From Zygnema circumcarinatum SAG 698-1b (taxonomy: Eukaryota; Plantae; Zygnematophyceae): a stretch of DNA of 64,000 nt. The notes below the pieces were generated by a model. The model was not told the origin of the DNA and ran no database searches. It saw only the letters and a list, made by a program, of their open reading frames with translations. A program made the translations under genes and the position numbers. Shown here one piece after another: positions 1-12,020 of the stretch. The stretch lies in assembly GCA_037447605.1 (NCBI GenBank), contig CM074810.1, positions 3,320,880-3,384,879 on the forward strand, written 5' to 3'. Position 1 is the stretch's first letter. Each line of letters opens with the position of its first letter.

Positions 1-1398
1 CCTCTCCCTCTCCTCTCCTCTCCCTCTCCCTCTCCTCTCCCTCTCCCTCTCCCTCTCCCTCTCCTCTCCCTCTCCTCCTCTCCCTCTCCCTCTCCCTCTC
101 CTCTCCTCTCCTCTCCTCTTCCTCTCACAATGCGGCCTCGCTCCCTCTCCCTCTCCCTCTCCCTCGCCCTCGCCCTCGCTCTGGCCCTCTCCCTCGCCAT
201 CTCCCATGTCTCCCACTCCCGCTCCCGCTCCCCCTCCCCCTCCCGCTCCCGCTCCCCCTCCCCCTCCCTCTCCCTCTCCCACTCCCGCTCCCTCTCCATT
301 GCAAGGCCGGCTGCAAGCCCACAGACACTGCTTTTTTGTTGAACCATTTCGTTCCACATTGAGCATTGCCAATATCATATCCAAAGCCGCTGAACCATAC
401 AACAATTCACTGTATTGGTCTTCCAGTCTTCCTATACAACTGACATATATCTCTACACCACACAATACTTACTAACGTGCTTAGTATTAAAAAAAAATAT
501 GCATGCTCGTTTGCCGCCATTGGCGCAAACCCTAAAAATGCAAATGGGATATGTCACTGCAAAAGATGTCAAGCAGCATGACTGTGACTCCTTCATGATG
601 CGTGCATCTTTATCCGCACCAAGCACCTTCGGCACTTGAGCTAACCAGCGCTCCCTTTATAGTACAACTGTGCGCCGATCAAACCCTGAACCCTACAAAC
701 CCTAAAAGACACGGTACATCGCCATGGTCTTCTTCCATGGTCTTCCGACCAGTCAGTCATCCTCTACATAGATCACACTATTGAACAACATCCTCCCTCC
801 TTTGGGTCTCCGTTCGCTCACTGTGCTCTCCATGTACAATGTGCCCAAAGTTCCCAATGCGGACAGCTCAACTCTCTTGAAAGAGTAAGGAGGAAGCTAT
901 TTCGCTCCACCTTTGCTCCCCTTCAGCTTCCAATGCACAAAGCTTCCGAAGGTTTTCAGCCGCTCATATGGGTCTCCCTCACTCTTGCTCAAACCCTAAT
1001 ATTTGTACACACCGCTGCACTTCGTGCCTTGCATGGTACACCGTCGTACACAGGGGAGGGGCAGCCGCTCCCATACAGCTTCTGCTTTCCCCCTCATGGC
1101 TGGAAACTCCTCACAGCCCACATCTTCAACTCATCTTCATCTTCATCTTCATCTTCAACTTCATCTTCACCTTCATCTTCATCTTCAACGGCTCCTTCCA
1201 ACCTGTTACGTGCCAGATACCGTTCATCTCCGTTTTTTCGAATGATCGTATCATGCAAGTAGCAGCAGACTGCCCAGCCTCCTTCCCTTCGCTCCATTTT
1301 CTACCCACCCCCTCCCTCCCTCCCTCCCACCTTCCCTTCCACCCACCCACCCGGCCCTCTCTTTCTCTCCCTCTCTCTCCCTCCCTCTCTCTCTCTCC

Positions 1399-1460
<62 letters not shown>

Positions 1461-4400
1461 TCACGAGCCCTGGCTCATGCGGCAGGCATTGCAGAGGAAG
1501 TGTTGCGGGACGGAGGCGGAGTCCGCGATTCCCCCGCAGCGCGTGTGCTGCCACACTTCGCACGTGTCGCAGGAGATCATGCGCTCGCCGTCGTCGTCGC
1601 GGGCCCCGCAGGGACAGTCCACCACCCAGCTCTCGTTGCCGCCTTCGTACCGCCAGTCACTGCTCACGTGGAAGAGGGAAGAGAGAGAGAGAGAAACAAG
1701 GAAAGAAGAGAGAGAAGAAGAAGAAGAAGGAAAGAAGAAACGAGGAAGGGAGAAGAGAGGAAAGAAGAAGGAGAAGGAGAAGAAGGAGAAGGGAGAAGGG
1801 AGAAGGGAAGAGGGAGGAGAGGGAGAGAAGGAGAAGAGGAAGAGGGAGAGAGGGAGGAGAGAGGGAGAGAAGAGGAGAGGGAGAGAAGGGGAGAGAGGGG
1901 AGAGAGAGAAGAGAGAGAGCAGGGAGGGTTTAGATTAGAGGCACAGAACGATTGAGGACAGAGAGAGCGAGAAGGAAGAGAGGGATTTAAGGCACAGCAA
2001 CGAGAGGGAGAAGGGACTTCTTCACAGGGACTTGATTTTGTTAAAAAATGAAGTCCTTGATTTCCTAATTTCCCTCACCTGTGTCGGTCGAGCCCATAGC
2101 CTTCCACAATGACCTCCATCCCTGACTCGAGGGAGCCGAATAATGGATCGTCATCATCAGCTTCTAAGCCCACCACTCTCTCAACCTGCCAAGGAGCACA
2201 ACAAAATCAGTACTCCATTCTTTATCAAAATTTGGACAGCATTTCACGCAATCTGCAGAGAGTTCCTTTCATCATCTGTCATGTTCGCCAGAATGGACGA
2301 CTGCCAAGGAAAGCGCATGAATCCAAAGAAAACAACGATTATGAAGAAGGTTCTACGAAGCGAGAGAGGAAGGAAGAGAGAGAGGGAGACAGAGAGAGAG
2401 AGAGGGAGAGGGAGGGCGACCCCTCACCTGAAAGGAGCGCATTATGCAGTATGTGTCTTGAAATGCGCGTTCCGCTTCATGCTTCAAATCGCGCACACTT
2501 GCATGCGGAGGCAAAAGGATGAGCTCAGCCGGAGGAGAAGGGCGGTTGCGCGCCCTGTCTTCATCTTCAACTACCACTCTGAGTACACGCAAAAACGGTT
2601 GAATTCATCAGGATAGATCTAAGTTTTTTTGAAAAAACAGTCCCACATTGGTCGAGATTACGAAGTAAGTACTTCTAAGTAGGCAGAGAATCATCTCTGG
2701 CGAAAGAGTGTTGATTTTATTGACCATTTTTGGGAACTGTGTTGGGGGGGAGTCGGCCGACCTGCACATGAGACGCAGCATGTCATCATCATCCGCCTCC
2801 CAGCCGTACATGGTCGCCAAACGAGTCATTTCTCCGTTGTAGTCTTTAATAAACTGAACACAAAAAAAACAAAATGAAATGAGAGTTAGGCGATTCAGAT
2901 TAAAAAACAATGAAAACCAACAGAAAAATAATACTAATTCTAATACCATACAGAGTTTCTGTATTCTTGAAAGCAACGAACTTGGCAGTACAAGGGCGAC
3001 GAACAGGAAGAAGATGAGAATGAAGCCGAAAGACATGAAGAAACAATGCAAAATACGGATAGAGGGAGGGGGTGGGAAGAGAGAGGGGAAAGAGAGGGGG
3101 AACGGCAGCGAGAGGGGCTCAGAGAGGGAGAGAGAGAAAGCGGGAGAGAGAGTAAAAAAGAGAGAGAGAAAGAGAGAGAAAGTGAGATAGCGAAAGAGAG
3201 AGGGAGAGCGCGAGAAAGGAAGAGAGAGAAAGAGAGAGAGAGAGAAAGAGAGAGAGAACGAGAGAGAAATACAGAGAGAGGAGAGGAAAAGAGAAAGAGA
3301 GTGAGAGAGAGAAAGAGAGAAAAAGAGAGAGTGAAAAGAAGCGAGAGAGAGGGTAAGAGAGAGAGTGAGTGAGAGAGAGAGAGAGCCACCTGCTTGGTGT
3401 CCAGTATGACCTGCGCCGCCTGCGCGAGCGCCTGCGCCTGCGGGGAGGGTTTTGGCGCGCTCGCCGGGCGGTAGGCCCGCAGGCAGCTCGCGTAGAGGGC
3501 CCCCACCGCCGCCATCACGCCCTCCCGCGTCGCCTCCGCCTCCTGCTCTACCTCCTCCTGCACCACCCGATACGATACAAACCGATACGATACGATACAT
3601 GAGTCACATTCAAGAACCCGATACGATACGAAATATCTCCATACAGTAAAACCGATGCGAAGCAATATTAAGGCGATACGATACAAGATCGATATCGCTT
3701 AATCTGTCGATACGATACGATACAGATAAAAATCAAGCAGGCCGATACAATCGCATTGCATTTACGATACGAAACGATACGATACAAAATGTGCGTTATC
3801 TTACGATATGGTATGGTATACGGCGATACGATATTGATCGATATATAATATGCGATATCTTACGATACGATATGATACGCACCTCCGGCTGCTCCTGCTT
3901 CACTCGGGGCCGCTCCCTCGCCGTGGCCTTCTCCTCCTCTCCCTCCCGCTCCCTCTCTGCCATGGCCATGGCGGGCGCGGCGAGGGGCGGCGGGAGCGGG
4001 TCGAGGCGGAACTGCAGCACCTTGGAGGCGGGGTTCACCGCGCGGCGCACGACGTGCGCGCGCACGCGGCGGTTGGCGACGCCCTTCAGCACGAAGTCCA
4101 GCAGGCCCGTGTCGCCGATGTGCTCGCGCGCCGCCTCGCGCACCTCATGCCGGGCTACCCATGCGCCGCCGCGCCTTGCCAGGGCCGCCACGATCACCTG
4201 CAAAGTACCAAGAACCTAAACGCTCTGCTCTACTGAAGCATCAAGCAATCAGAATTGATCATCTATATTTGTTGTTGAATCCTGGAAACTCTAAAGTTAA
4301 GCTCTCCAGAAGAAGCCTAGGGTGAGAATCTCACCTCCTGCGCGAGCTCTAGCCGCTTGGCAGACCAGCGGCAAGAGGGGGAGTCCATGGGGAAGGGATC

Positions 4401-6271
4401 GGTGATGACGGGGCCGCCGACAACAGCCATGGCGGCATCGCTGCTGGAAGGGGAGCTGCCGGGGCTTCTGCCGGAGAAGGAGCTTCCCTGCCTCTGGAGG
4501 GGAGGAGGAGAGGGCAGCTTATAGTGCAGGTCCATGAGGTAGCGCAGGAGCTCTCCCAGAGTGGTTACTTCGTTGTTTGATCGAGCTTGGTACTTGCGAA
4601 TGAGCGCCTGAACTTGTTTGTCTACTCCTTCGAAGTGATCCAAGAGGGTCTGCAGGGATACAGGAGAGGGGGAGGGAGGGAGGGGGAAGGGGGGAGAGGG
4701 GAGTGAGTGAGTGAGTAGGCAGAGGGAGGTGGTGAAGTGAGTCAGGAAGATCGGGGGAGGAGGTGGACAAGGGAGGATGAAGACGAAGCGGGAGAGGGAG
4801 AGGGATATAGCAGATGGAGGAAAGAACGCAGGAGAAGTGGCAGGAGGGAGGAAAGAGAAAAGGAAGTATGAGTATGGGAAAAGAGAAGAGTGGAGGGGTA
4901 ACAGAGGAAGGGAAAGGAGGGACCACGAGGGGTGAGAGTGGAAGGCTGAAAGGAAGGGAGGAGAGGGAAAGGATGAACTGACTGAGGACCAACAGAGGGA
5001 GGTAAAGGAGCTGACACAAACCTTGAGAGTTGTATTACGCAGCGTCTGAATGGCTGTAGCATATGTGTGCGCGGTGATGCCATAGCTTCCATGGCCGAAG
5101 GAGTAGCCCCATTTGGAGTACCACGAGCCGCCATGGGTCATGCTATGGAGCAGCCGCAGCTCCATGTCGCCCTTCTTGGCCACATCCTCCACGCTCACCT
5201 TCCTGCCGCCATGGAAGCAAAGCATCCATCCATGAGCGTTTTGAAGCAGGCATTTTGGAACAGCAAGGCGAGAGTGGCGGAGGGAGGGATTGTCGGGAGA
5301 AGTCTCAAGGGGATGCGCGGTGGAGGGGGGGGGGGGAGAACGAGGGAGAGAGAAGCTGCGAGGACTGGGAATGGCGAGAGAGAGAGAGAGAGAAAGACAG
5401 AGTAGAGAGAGAGAGGAGAAAGAGGGAGAGAGAAGCTGCGAGGACTGGGAATGGCGAGAGAGAGCGAGAGAGGAGAAAGAGGGAGAGAGAAGCTGCGAGG
5501 ACTGGGAAAAGCGAGAGAGAGAGTGAGGACGACAGAGAGAGAGAGACAGAGAGACACAGAGAGAGCGAGAGCGAGACAGAGAGAGAGCGAGACAAAAGAG
5601 ACAGAGAGAGAGAGAGACAGAGAGAAGCAGAGAGAGCGAGAGCGAGACAGAGAGAGAGAGAGGGAGACAGAGAGCGAGACAGAGAGAGAGAGAGACAAAA
5701 GAGACAGAGAGAGAGACAGAGAGAGAGAGAAAGAGAGACCTGGCTCGGAGCATGGCGCAGATGTTGTCCCATAGGGTCATGAGGTGGTGCCCCGAGAGCA
5801 GGCGCGCCCGCGCGTGCAGGTGCAGGAGGTGCCCGTAGCCGTTGCAGTGCACCACGCCGTGCAGCGCGCGCTGCCCCGCCTCCAGCGAGGACGCGCGCAC
5901 CGCCGCGCCGCCGCAGCACGCGCACTGCTTCACGGACGCGGGGATCACCTCGCCGCAGCTAGGACACTGCAAACGGGGGGAAGGGGGGTCATGGGGGGTC
6001 ATGGGGGGTCATGGGGGGTCATGGGGGGTCATGGGGGGCATGGTGGGGGGCATGGGGGGCATGGGGGGCATGAGGGGCAGGGTGGGGGGCATGGGGAGCA
6101 TGAGGGGCATGTGGGGCATGTGGGGCATGGGGGGCATGGGGAGCATGGGGGGGCATGGGGGGTATGGGGAGCATGGGGGGCATAAGGGGCATAAGGGGCC
6201 ATGGCCATGGGGACAGGCAGACAGCATCAAGCAGGGCACTGAGGTCCTTTCCTTCCACTCCTCTACTCTTC

Positions 6272-6349
<78 letters not shown>

Positions 6350-7158
6350 GTGCACTACTATTTGGATGAGTCTGCTTACTTCTTTGATATCTCTTCTTGG
6401 GAGGGTTTGGTTTAAGAGATGGTATTCATTGTTTAGAATGGACGGAAGGGATGGTTCCAACCAGGGATGTCAAAGGGCGGAGCTAATGACAACAGGAAAA
6501 GGCAGGGGAGGAGGTAAAATGTAAAGGTGAGTTTGTTTTAACAGAGCTTCACCTTCATACACAAGGGGTTAGAGGGAGAGTGAGAGAGAGAGAGTGGCAG
6601 AGAGAGCGAGAGAGAGAGAGAGAATGCGACAGCATCAAACATCGAGCCAAGGACCAAAGATCGAGCATCAAAGGTCCAACTTCCATGCACAAATCGCCAA
6701 GAACAGTGCATGGAGAGTTGACGACATAGATCCACAAAAGAGCGCATTCCCAGCGGAGAAGTGAGCTGAAAAGTCTGATTCTGAATCATGGAAGGAGGCA
6801 AAGAAGCGTATGTTATAGGATGATGCCTCACCTTCTTCCGGCCCTTCCCTAATCCCGGAGAGCTTTCCTCGTGCTCTCCCGCAGGCACCACAAAGTGGTA
6901 GCGGCGGGTGGAGACTGGGTGGTGGCTCCATCCTGCCTCAGAAAGATGGAACAAAAGCAAAAGCAAAAGCAAAACATGTGAAAAGAATGCTCTGGAGACA
7001 TGAGTCCATCGCATGCACACTTCCCATGACTTACAGTGCTTATTGCAAAGGAACAAAACAGAGGAAGGTAAAGAAGAACGCGGCAACAGAGGGAGGGTGA
7101 GTGACAGGAGCAATGGGAAGTAGACGATACCCAACAAGAGAGATAGAGGAGACAGAGC

Positions 7159-7196
<38 letters not shown>

Positions 7197-8542
7197 GAGT
7201 GGGGGGGAGAAGAGAGAACAAACCTACCGATGCATCGGCAGTGGTCGCAGTGAGCCCAAGACCTCCCCCCTGCCACCTCCTCCAAAACAAGGAGCGGAAA
7301 TCGCACCCCTTGGCTATTCTCCACCAGAATGCTCCATGCCGGCAGCCCGTCCACACTGCATACCCTCCTCATCCTCCTCATTTTAGTTAGCAATAATTTC
7401 ATAGCTTCCCTTGTTCAACAGTTTCAAAACGTAAGAGAGTGCGTTTCTATGTTGGTCAACGGATCTAGGCCTCTCCTTGTTGGTTTTGCAGTTCAACAGC
7501 AAGGTGTGACATCTCCCGTTATATTCAACAGACTCATGCGAATTTAGCAGGGGACATGATGGCTACTTGAGTGGCTTCCAGGAGCCGTGAAACTGACATG
7601 AATATGCATCGTGATTGCGAGCGATCGACCAATGGCTTCAGCAGGAAGCAGGCAGGGAAAAACCTGACTAGAACTAAGGATAGGGATAGATTCCGATGCA
7701 TCTATTGTATTGTGGAGGCAGGATTAAACCATGATGAATTGTGATCCTAAGCGTGCACTGTAAATTGGTCAAAGCTTCAATGATGTTTGAAGCCACCCCA
7801 CTCTCCCCCCATCCTCCCCTTCCCCCTCCCCTGAATGGAAAAATTAATCGGTCACACTGTCTCTTACAGTACACTACAGCTGATTATATGGTGGGGCTAA
7901 TACTCCACCTATGGCTGGACGTGAATCACATGCACCCATCAAGCATACATGTTCAATATCGCATTCATTGCCCCTCAAAGTATGCCTGCTGCCTCCCCAT
8001 GACCCCCCCATGGACCCATCTCGAGGTGCCTCGTCAAGGGGGTCACATGCATTCCACACGATATGATATTATAGGATATCAGGGAGCTACTCTCGAAGGT
8101 ATTTCGAACAGCATTTGCAGGAGATTCCAGTACTGGAATAACTTCGCCCACTTTGTCAAGCCCTTTCCCCGTAATTCTGGTGCCATGCTCGTCACTCCTT
8201 CCTTACCACCCGTCTCTCCCTCTCTACCCCCATCTCCCACTCCACCCCCCCTCTCTCTGCAATACTCCTTGCTCCCACTCTCTTTTTCTCCCCTCTCTCC
8301 AATCTGCTCAGACTGACGATGTAGAGGGCGAGGGAGGAGGAAATAGGAGTGAAAGCGAAGGACAGAAGGTGAGTGGAACGGATAGAAGGAGAGGATAAAC
8401 AGAGAAGGAGATCGGACAGAGGACAGTTTGAGGTCCGAGAGAGGAGAGAGAGTGACAGATACCAAAAGGGAAGAGCAGAGGGAGGGAGGGAGGGAGTGAG
8501 AGGGGGAACGAGAGCGAGAGGGTTGGAGAGATAGGGGGACAG

Positions 8543-8578
<36 letters not shown>

Positions 8579-8827
8579 GTACCTCTCCTTCTCCCCGTAC
8601 TCCTCCAAAAAGGCGCGCACATTGTCCCGGAAGGGCCCCTCATAGTCCCGCGGGTTCCCCGCCTCCCCAAAAGTCTCCACGCGGAACGCCGCCCTTTCCG
8701 GCCGCCGCCGCTTCTTATTGGCCGCCTCCACCACCAGCCCGTGAGAGCCTGCCACGTGGCTTCTCCCTACGTGCACTGGGCTGTGTCTATCGCCCCCCCC
8801 CCGCTGCGTGGCGGACTGCGGAGCCAT
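1461..8827 (-). CDS. PHD-finger protein, MALE STERILITY1 / MALE MEIOCYTE DEATH1 family (12 exons, ~745 aa)
   Basis: Exons, all GT-AG and phase-consistent: 8827-8583, 7364-7228 (acceptor somewhat uncertain), 6932-6832, 5966-5740, 5202-5022, 4649-4335, 4197-3883, 3557-3390, 2853-2762, 2578-2428, 2185-2079, 1659-1461; total 2238 nt. Family motifs: GPFRDNVRAFL, CDHCRCIGWSHH..RRYHF, LHGVVHCNGYGHLL, WYSKWGYSFGHGSYG, RWSAKR, REAAREHIGDTGLLDFVLK, C-terminal PHD (VDCPCGARDDDGERMISCDTCEVWQHTRC). MS1 versus MMD1 orthology is not resolvable by eye. Confidence 0.93.
3558..3882. repeat. Intron composed almost entirely of degenerate (TATCG/CGATA)n pentamer repeats
   Basis: CGATA/GATAC units run from next to the donor (3882) to next to the acceptor (3558). 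The same motif flavour recurs at ~34125-34245 and ~56430-56740. Confidence 0.85.
5986..6200. repeat. G-rich CAT(G)4-6 minisatellite in intron 3 of the PHD gene
   Basis: Tandem ggggggtcat / gggggcat units are directly visible. Confidence 0.9.
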
Positions 8828-9270
8828 GGCTGCCCCCCGTCACCCCCCGCAGCGAGATCTGAAGGATTGAAGCAGGGAAGGAAGGCTGCAGGCTTGTTTG
8901 CAACTTCCGATGATGACGTCACAAATGACCTCAGTGATGTCATAGACTGGCGATGGGTGCACCCAATTTGCGCATATTCAGTGGCATCGCGAATCTTACT
9001 GTCACTCTCCAAGCCCCCCTCTACAATCCCGCTACCTTGACCCCCCACTTCTCACTCTCTCCCTCCCTTCTCTCTTCCCTCTCCCCCTCTCTCGCTCTCC
9101 CTCTATCTCTCTCCCCCTCTCTCTCTTTCCTCCCTCTCTCTCTCTCCTCTCTCTCTCTCTCTCCCTCTCTATCTCCCTCCCTCCCTCCCTCCCTCCCTCC
9201 GCCCCCTAAGAGCCTCCCGGCGACCTCTGCGGACTTCCCGACTTCCCGCCGCGGGCATCAGCGAGGGCGC

Positions 9271-11504
9271 CACGTGGCGCGCCGCGAGGGGCGGGCGGCC
9301 CCGCTCGGAGGAAAGCCACCCCGCGCCGCCGCGGGACGCGCGTTCCGTACGTTGTGTACACATTCGTACATAACGTACGGAAAGTACAAACGTACGGACC
9401 AACCTTGCCAGGACGGGTCTTCATTGGCCCCATTCATTCGTAGCTGGACCAATCACATCCAACCACGTCAGCATGTGTGATGACGTGGCATATCGTGATT
9501 GGTTGACGAGTAACTTCGACCGTCCAGTGGCGACCCGCCCCCTAGTGTTTAACGGGCCAATGGGATGGCCTATCGGGCGCTGCCACATAGATTTTTTCTT
9601 TGTCGGTTATGTGAGATTTGGACCTGAGTGCGTGGAGCGCATCTACAATGTCGGTGGCCAATCAGCGTCAGGTCGCTGGGAGCCTGCCGCGTGGCGTCCA
9701 CGTGGCAGATACTGAGTGAGCACAACTAAAAAATGTCGGTAAATTTTGTATTTATGTACGGATTCGACAAGATTAGGTGTACACGTGGATACCCGAGTTT
9801 GGTAAAGTGGAATATTTTTTGGGTAGTGATATTTCCACCCCTTTTTTGGATCCAAACACCCCTTCCCGGCCGGGCAGATTTCAAAANNNNNNNNNNAATC
9901 GCAGCTGTCGATTCCCTCGCAGATCACACCACTGCAGATCACCGTTCGATCTGCAGCCGGGCTCGATCTTAGCGAATGGAAAGCGCCCACGATTCCCGTC
10001 AAAGCCAAATCGCAAGTGCGAGTGCGCACGTCCTTCAGCCCGAGATCTCATCATTGTTAGCTCCCAGCCAATCAACATCTGCCACGTGTTACATTTTTGA
10101 CGTGGAAAATTTTGATTGGTCTAAGGTCTCAATGTACGAAATTTTGGGTTCTTCAAGTTGCGACCGTACGATATTTGTACGGGCAAACTTTTGAGAGGAC
10201 TTTGGCGGGATACGTGGGCTCGTGCCATGCGCTGTGACCGAGCCCGGCTGCCGATCAAATAGTGATCTGCCGTGTTGCGATCTGTGAGGGAATCGACGGT
10301 TGCGATTGCGATTGACCGCACGCGTGAAAAAAAATTCAGATAGGCGGGATTTTCAAAATGGGGTGACGGGTTATCATTTTCCTTGTTTCGCAGAAATAAA
10401 ATCTGCCTATGGAGGGTGGTATCGATTCCAAAAAGGTGTGAAAAAAGCATTTTCCGTTTTTAATCCTTTTTGAAATCTGCCCGGCCGGGAAGGGGTGTTT
10501 GGATCCAAAAAAGGGGTGGAAATATCACTACCCTATTTTTTCTCATTGGCATGGGAATCAGAAGCGACAAAAATGTACGAATCCAAGGGGAGAGGGCGGG
10601 CAGCAACCGCTTTCCGGCGGATGGCACGAGAAATGTATGGATGTGAATGCATGCATAGGCCCCATGATGGGGATCGATGGCATGGTTATTCTCCACGTGG
10701 AAAGGAAGCGCTAGACGAGGTATATGTCGTATATGGAAGTTAACCGATTTGCTGGCAGGCAAGGGGTGCAGCCATTGCACAAGGAGTCAAAACCTTTCGT
10801 ACGAACTTGCGTCAATACCTTGTCGTTTCCTTGACTAGAAACCAGGTCCGACAAACCCCTCCGGCGACAGGTGGATAGTCGGGCCCTTCGAGGCATGCCG
10901 GAGATCGGGGATCATGGACCACCGACCACGTGGCGGATTTTCCCGAGATCGGCCATCTCTCATTGGATAGGCCGTACGTTCTCCCCCACCGACCACGCCA
11001 AGGTACGTGCAATCGACGGTTGAGAGTACAATGTACGGTCATGAATCGTACAGTCAGTAGGGCCAGCCGGGGAGGTGGAGGTCCTGGAAAGGTCCAAAGT
11101 GGCCCGTCGCTATCCAAGGGGTTGACCTTTCGGCGATTGGTCGGCGGGGGCCACTTGGCGCCCGCCACGTGGGAGGCTCTCAGAAATTTGGAACGGAATT
11201 GGTAGTACAAAACTGTACGAATAGCCATTGCATGTTCGCGCTGTACTGTAATGTGGCTGTTCCGTACAGTGATGGCGGCTGCGGACGGTTGGTCGGTTAC
11301 TTTTAGGGGGCGACTATTTACAGTGTACGGATTCTGAATGTACTGTACGATTTCGCCGGGCAGAAAAAAAAAGGTTTTTTTTGGCGAAAAATGCTGTTTC
11401 ACACTTTTCAGAATAGATACAGACCTTTTTTCGTCGGATGTACGGTTGGTGATTTGAAATGTACGAAGCGCGCGCGTCTACAAGGTATAAGGGCGCAACA
11501 CGTG
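9271..11504. promoter_or_regulatory. G-box (CACGTG) cluster in the divergent PHD/ARP2 intergenic region
   Basis: CACGTG at 9271, 9699, 9782, 10083, 10694, 10927, 11166 and 11499. Function is inferred only. Confidence 0.4.
9821..10533. mobile_element. Non-autonomous DNA transposon with long terminal inverted repeats (Mutator-like or hAT-like foldback MITE)
   Basis: The ~65-bp TIR GGGTAGTGATATTTCCACCCC...GGCAGATTTCAAAA (9821-9886) is the reverse complement of 10468-10533. A further imperfect inverted repeat pairs 9897-10005 with 10197-10307. An identical 8-bp flank TATTTTTT (9813-9820 and 10534-10541) is the target-site duplication. No transposase ORF. Confidence 0.85.
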
Positions 11505-11562
11505 GAGCAACATGATTGGTCGCGGCAACATATGACGTGGCAAGTATGTTTGGGACCGTGAC

Positions 11563-11749
11563 GTGACGAAACGAGACGCGAAAAAAGTGGAGTCCGCGGA
11601 CGGCAGTCGGAAATGTCGGGAATTCAAACTGACAAAAAAAGATAGGGCACATAACGTAGCGTGTTTCAGGAAAAATCTGTCAGTTTTAATTCCCGCCATT
11701 TCCGACTGCCGTCCGCGGACTCCACTTTTTTTGCGTCTCGTTTCGTCAC
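11563..11749. repeat. Near-perfect hairpin / foldback element
   Basis: 72-bp arms (GTGACGAAACGAGACGC...AACTGACA and its reverse complement) with 3 mismatches and a ~43-bp loop, ~270 bp upstream of the ARP2 ATG. No clear TSD. Confidence 0.9.
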
Positions 11750-11896
11750 CCTAAAAACCCCTATTGTACTCATGGGCGCCACAACAACAATCGTGCAAGG
11801 ATCCATGTTGTGGGCCTGTTCCGTAAGGACGTGAAACGGAACTGTAGACATGGAAAGCCTCTTGCAGGGTGACCGGTACGGCGTGTCCTGCGAGGA

Positions 11897-11938
11897 TTAG
11901 GGTTAGGATTAGGGTTAGGGTTAGGGTTAGGGCTAGGG
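11897..11938 (+). repeat. Telomere-like (TTAGGG)x7 tract upstream of ARP2
   Basis: ttaggg ttagga ttaggg ttaggg ttaggg ttaggg ctaggg, plus a telo-box TAGGGTTT near 11977. Confidence 0.9.
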
Positions 11939-12020
11939 CGGGGCCAGAGGGAGCGAGGGAGGGAGGACGCAGAAATTAGGGTTTGAGGAGGAGGTGGGGA
12001 CGGAGGCCCCGGCGGCAGCC

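Noticed and set aside
1094-1297. DE-repeat ORF from the (TTCATC)n tract
   Set aside because: A hexamer microsatellite downstream of the PHD stop codon, with no splice or homology support.
7741-8316. 191-aa plus-strand ORF inside PHD intron 1
   Set aside because: GTG start, no motif, and it ends in low-complexity sequence; likely chance.
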